DNA from: Eledone cirrhosa
Taxonomy: Eukaryota
Direction of reading: 5' to 3'
Length of the DNA stretch: 64,000 bases
Assembly (NCBI GenBank): GCA_964016885.1
Contig: OZ024757.1
Coordinates: forward strand, 23,746,001 to 23,810,000
Of this stretch, positions 62,375-64,000 are shown one piece after another (the first letter of the stretch is position 1; each line of letters starts with the position of its first letter). The translations under genes and the position numbers were made by a program. The notes under the pieces were generated by a model. That model was not told where the DNA came from and ran no database searches. It saw only the letters and a program-made list of their open reading frames with translations.

Positions 62375-62634
62375 CTAGATTGGCAGTATAGGTAGAGGGT
62401 CGGACGCCACGCTTTCCAGCATAGTTACGTCCCTTTACGGTCTGAGTTCAAATCCCGTCGAAGTTAACTTTGCCTTTCATCCTTACGGGTTCATAAAATA
62501 AAGTACCAGTAATGTACTGGGTAATTGTTGGCCTTGTGCCAAAAGTAGAAACAATTATTTAGCCTTAATAAAATGAATATTTAAATTCTACTTCAGTGTT
62601 GAGTACTCTTATCTCACAGCTGTCAATGACATAT

Positions 62635-62673
<39 letters not shown>

Positions 62674-62782
62674 CGTGAATCTAATATAACTGTGTACAAT
62701 TGCCTCCTGTGTTTTATTCTTTCATTTCAACTATATATATATATATATATATATACACTCCTGTGTTTTATTCTTTCATTTC

Positions 62783-62824
<42 letters not shown>

Positions 62825-64000
62825 TCCTGTGTTTTATTCTTTCATTTCAACTATATCATTTTCATCATCATTTCATTTTACGTCCGCTTTTTCCCTGCTT
62901 GCAAGGGTGGGACGGGAACTGATTCTGGCTTGATTTCTACAGCTTGATGCCCTTCCTAACACCAACCTCATTTACAGTGAGTGCTTGGTGCTTTTTTGCC
63001 GTGGCACCTCCACGACCACTTTGCAGTGGAATGATATGGACCCCAGTCCCTATCATCTCATTTCTACAGCTGAGTAAACTGGAGCAATGTGTAATAAAGT
63101 GTCTTGCTCAAGGAAACAACACATCACCAGGTCTGAGAATTGAACTGACAAACTTTCGATTGCAAGGCCAATGCTCTAACCATATATATATATACATCAC
63201 ACACACACTCAGCTTTTTTTTAACCATTGTTGGTGTGAAACAGATGTTCCAATAATTTCATGCATGAATTTTATAGATTGATAAAAATTAAGATAGTAAA
63301 TAAATAAATGAATAAATAGATAAATATTATCAAACCAGACTTTTACAAGTGACAATTCTAATGTAAATTTCTTGCCTGCCAGTTCAGGTTGGAATATTAT
63401 GTCAATATTTTAGTTAGTTTAAACAGCACTCCACCTGTAACATATGGTAGCCTCCACAACTGGTTCTCACCTATGAAATATCTCTGAGGGTCGGCTGAAA
63501 AGTTCATAGGCTGACCAACCAAGATACTCTCATGTGATGACCAAATGAGGTTTATTTTTAGGGAGAGGTGAGAGGAAGAAAAACAGAGGGTGAGGAGGAG
63601 AGAGATGCAAAAGCAACAACAACAATACAATAAAATAAATTTATACAATGATTATATAGAGGACAAGGTGGTGAATTGGCAGAGTTGTCAGAACATCAGA
63701 TAGAATGTTTTGTGGTATTTGTTCCATCTCTCTGCATTCTGAGTTCAAATCCTGCCGAATTCAATTTTGTTTTTCATCCTTTTGGTGTTGATAATAAAAG
63801 GTACCAGTCTAGTATTGGGGTTGATCCTTCCTCTATATCTCTTTTTCACTTCCTTTCTATAACTCTATCGCCTTCTCTCTCTCCTTCTCTGGAAGAAGTC
63901 AGCTGTGTTCAGACCTAGTGAGGAATGGGCTCTACCAGGTTTAAAATGGGATTTTAAGAACAGGAATGGGGCGATCAAAAGCTGCTATGGCCAAATGGGG

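Overview
Repeat-rich, AT-rich animal genomic DNA, inferred to be a coleoid cephalopod, probably an octopus. That inference rests on the [12 protein letters not shown]-type C2H2 relic, the SINE/RTE families and the microsatellite-packed introns. Two spliced genes lie head-to-head. The first is a complete 11-coding-exon alpha-tubulin N-acetyltransferase (ATAT1/MEC-17; minus strand, 37811 to 16400, 1437 nt, 478 aa, all splice phases consistent). The second is the first two exons of the GTPase GNL1 (plus strand, from 43207). Most ORFs in the supplied track are artefacts of microsatellites, minisatellites and SINEs. The most striking unexplained structure is a dozen or so short foldback (palindromic) elements, usually next to (TA)n tracts and belonging to several unrelated sequence families. 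Many carry a minimal type I hammerhead ribozyme core (CUGANGA, stem II, GAAA, often self-complementary stem III, NUH), frequently mirrored on both strands. This fits Penelope-like retroelement terminal-repeat relics or non-autonomous ribozyme-bearing elements. Also present: a 4.4 kb array of 79-bp tRNA-like Pol III heads in GNL1 intron 1, a twin-priming 5'-inverted LINE, a SINE/RTE LINE pair sharing a 3' tail, piggyBac-, mariner- and Tc2-like MITEs, and many minisatellites. All coordinates and folds were worked out by eye; no database searches were run.
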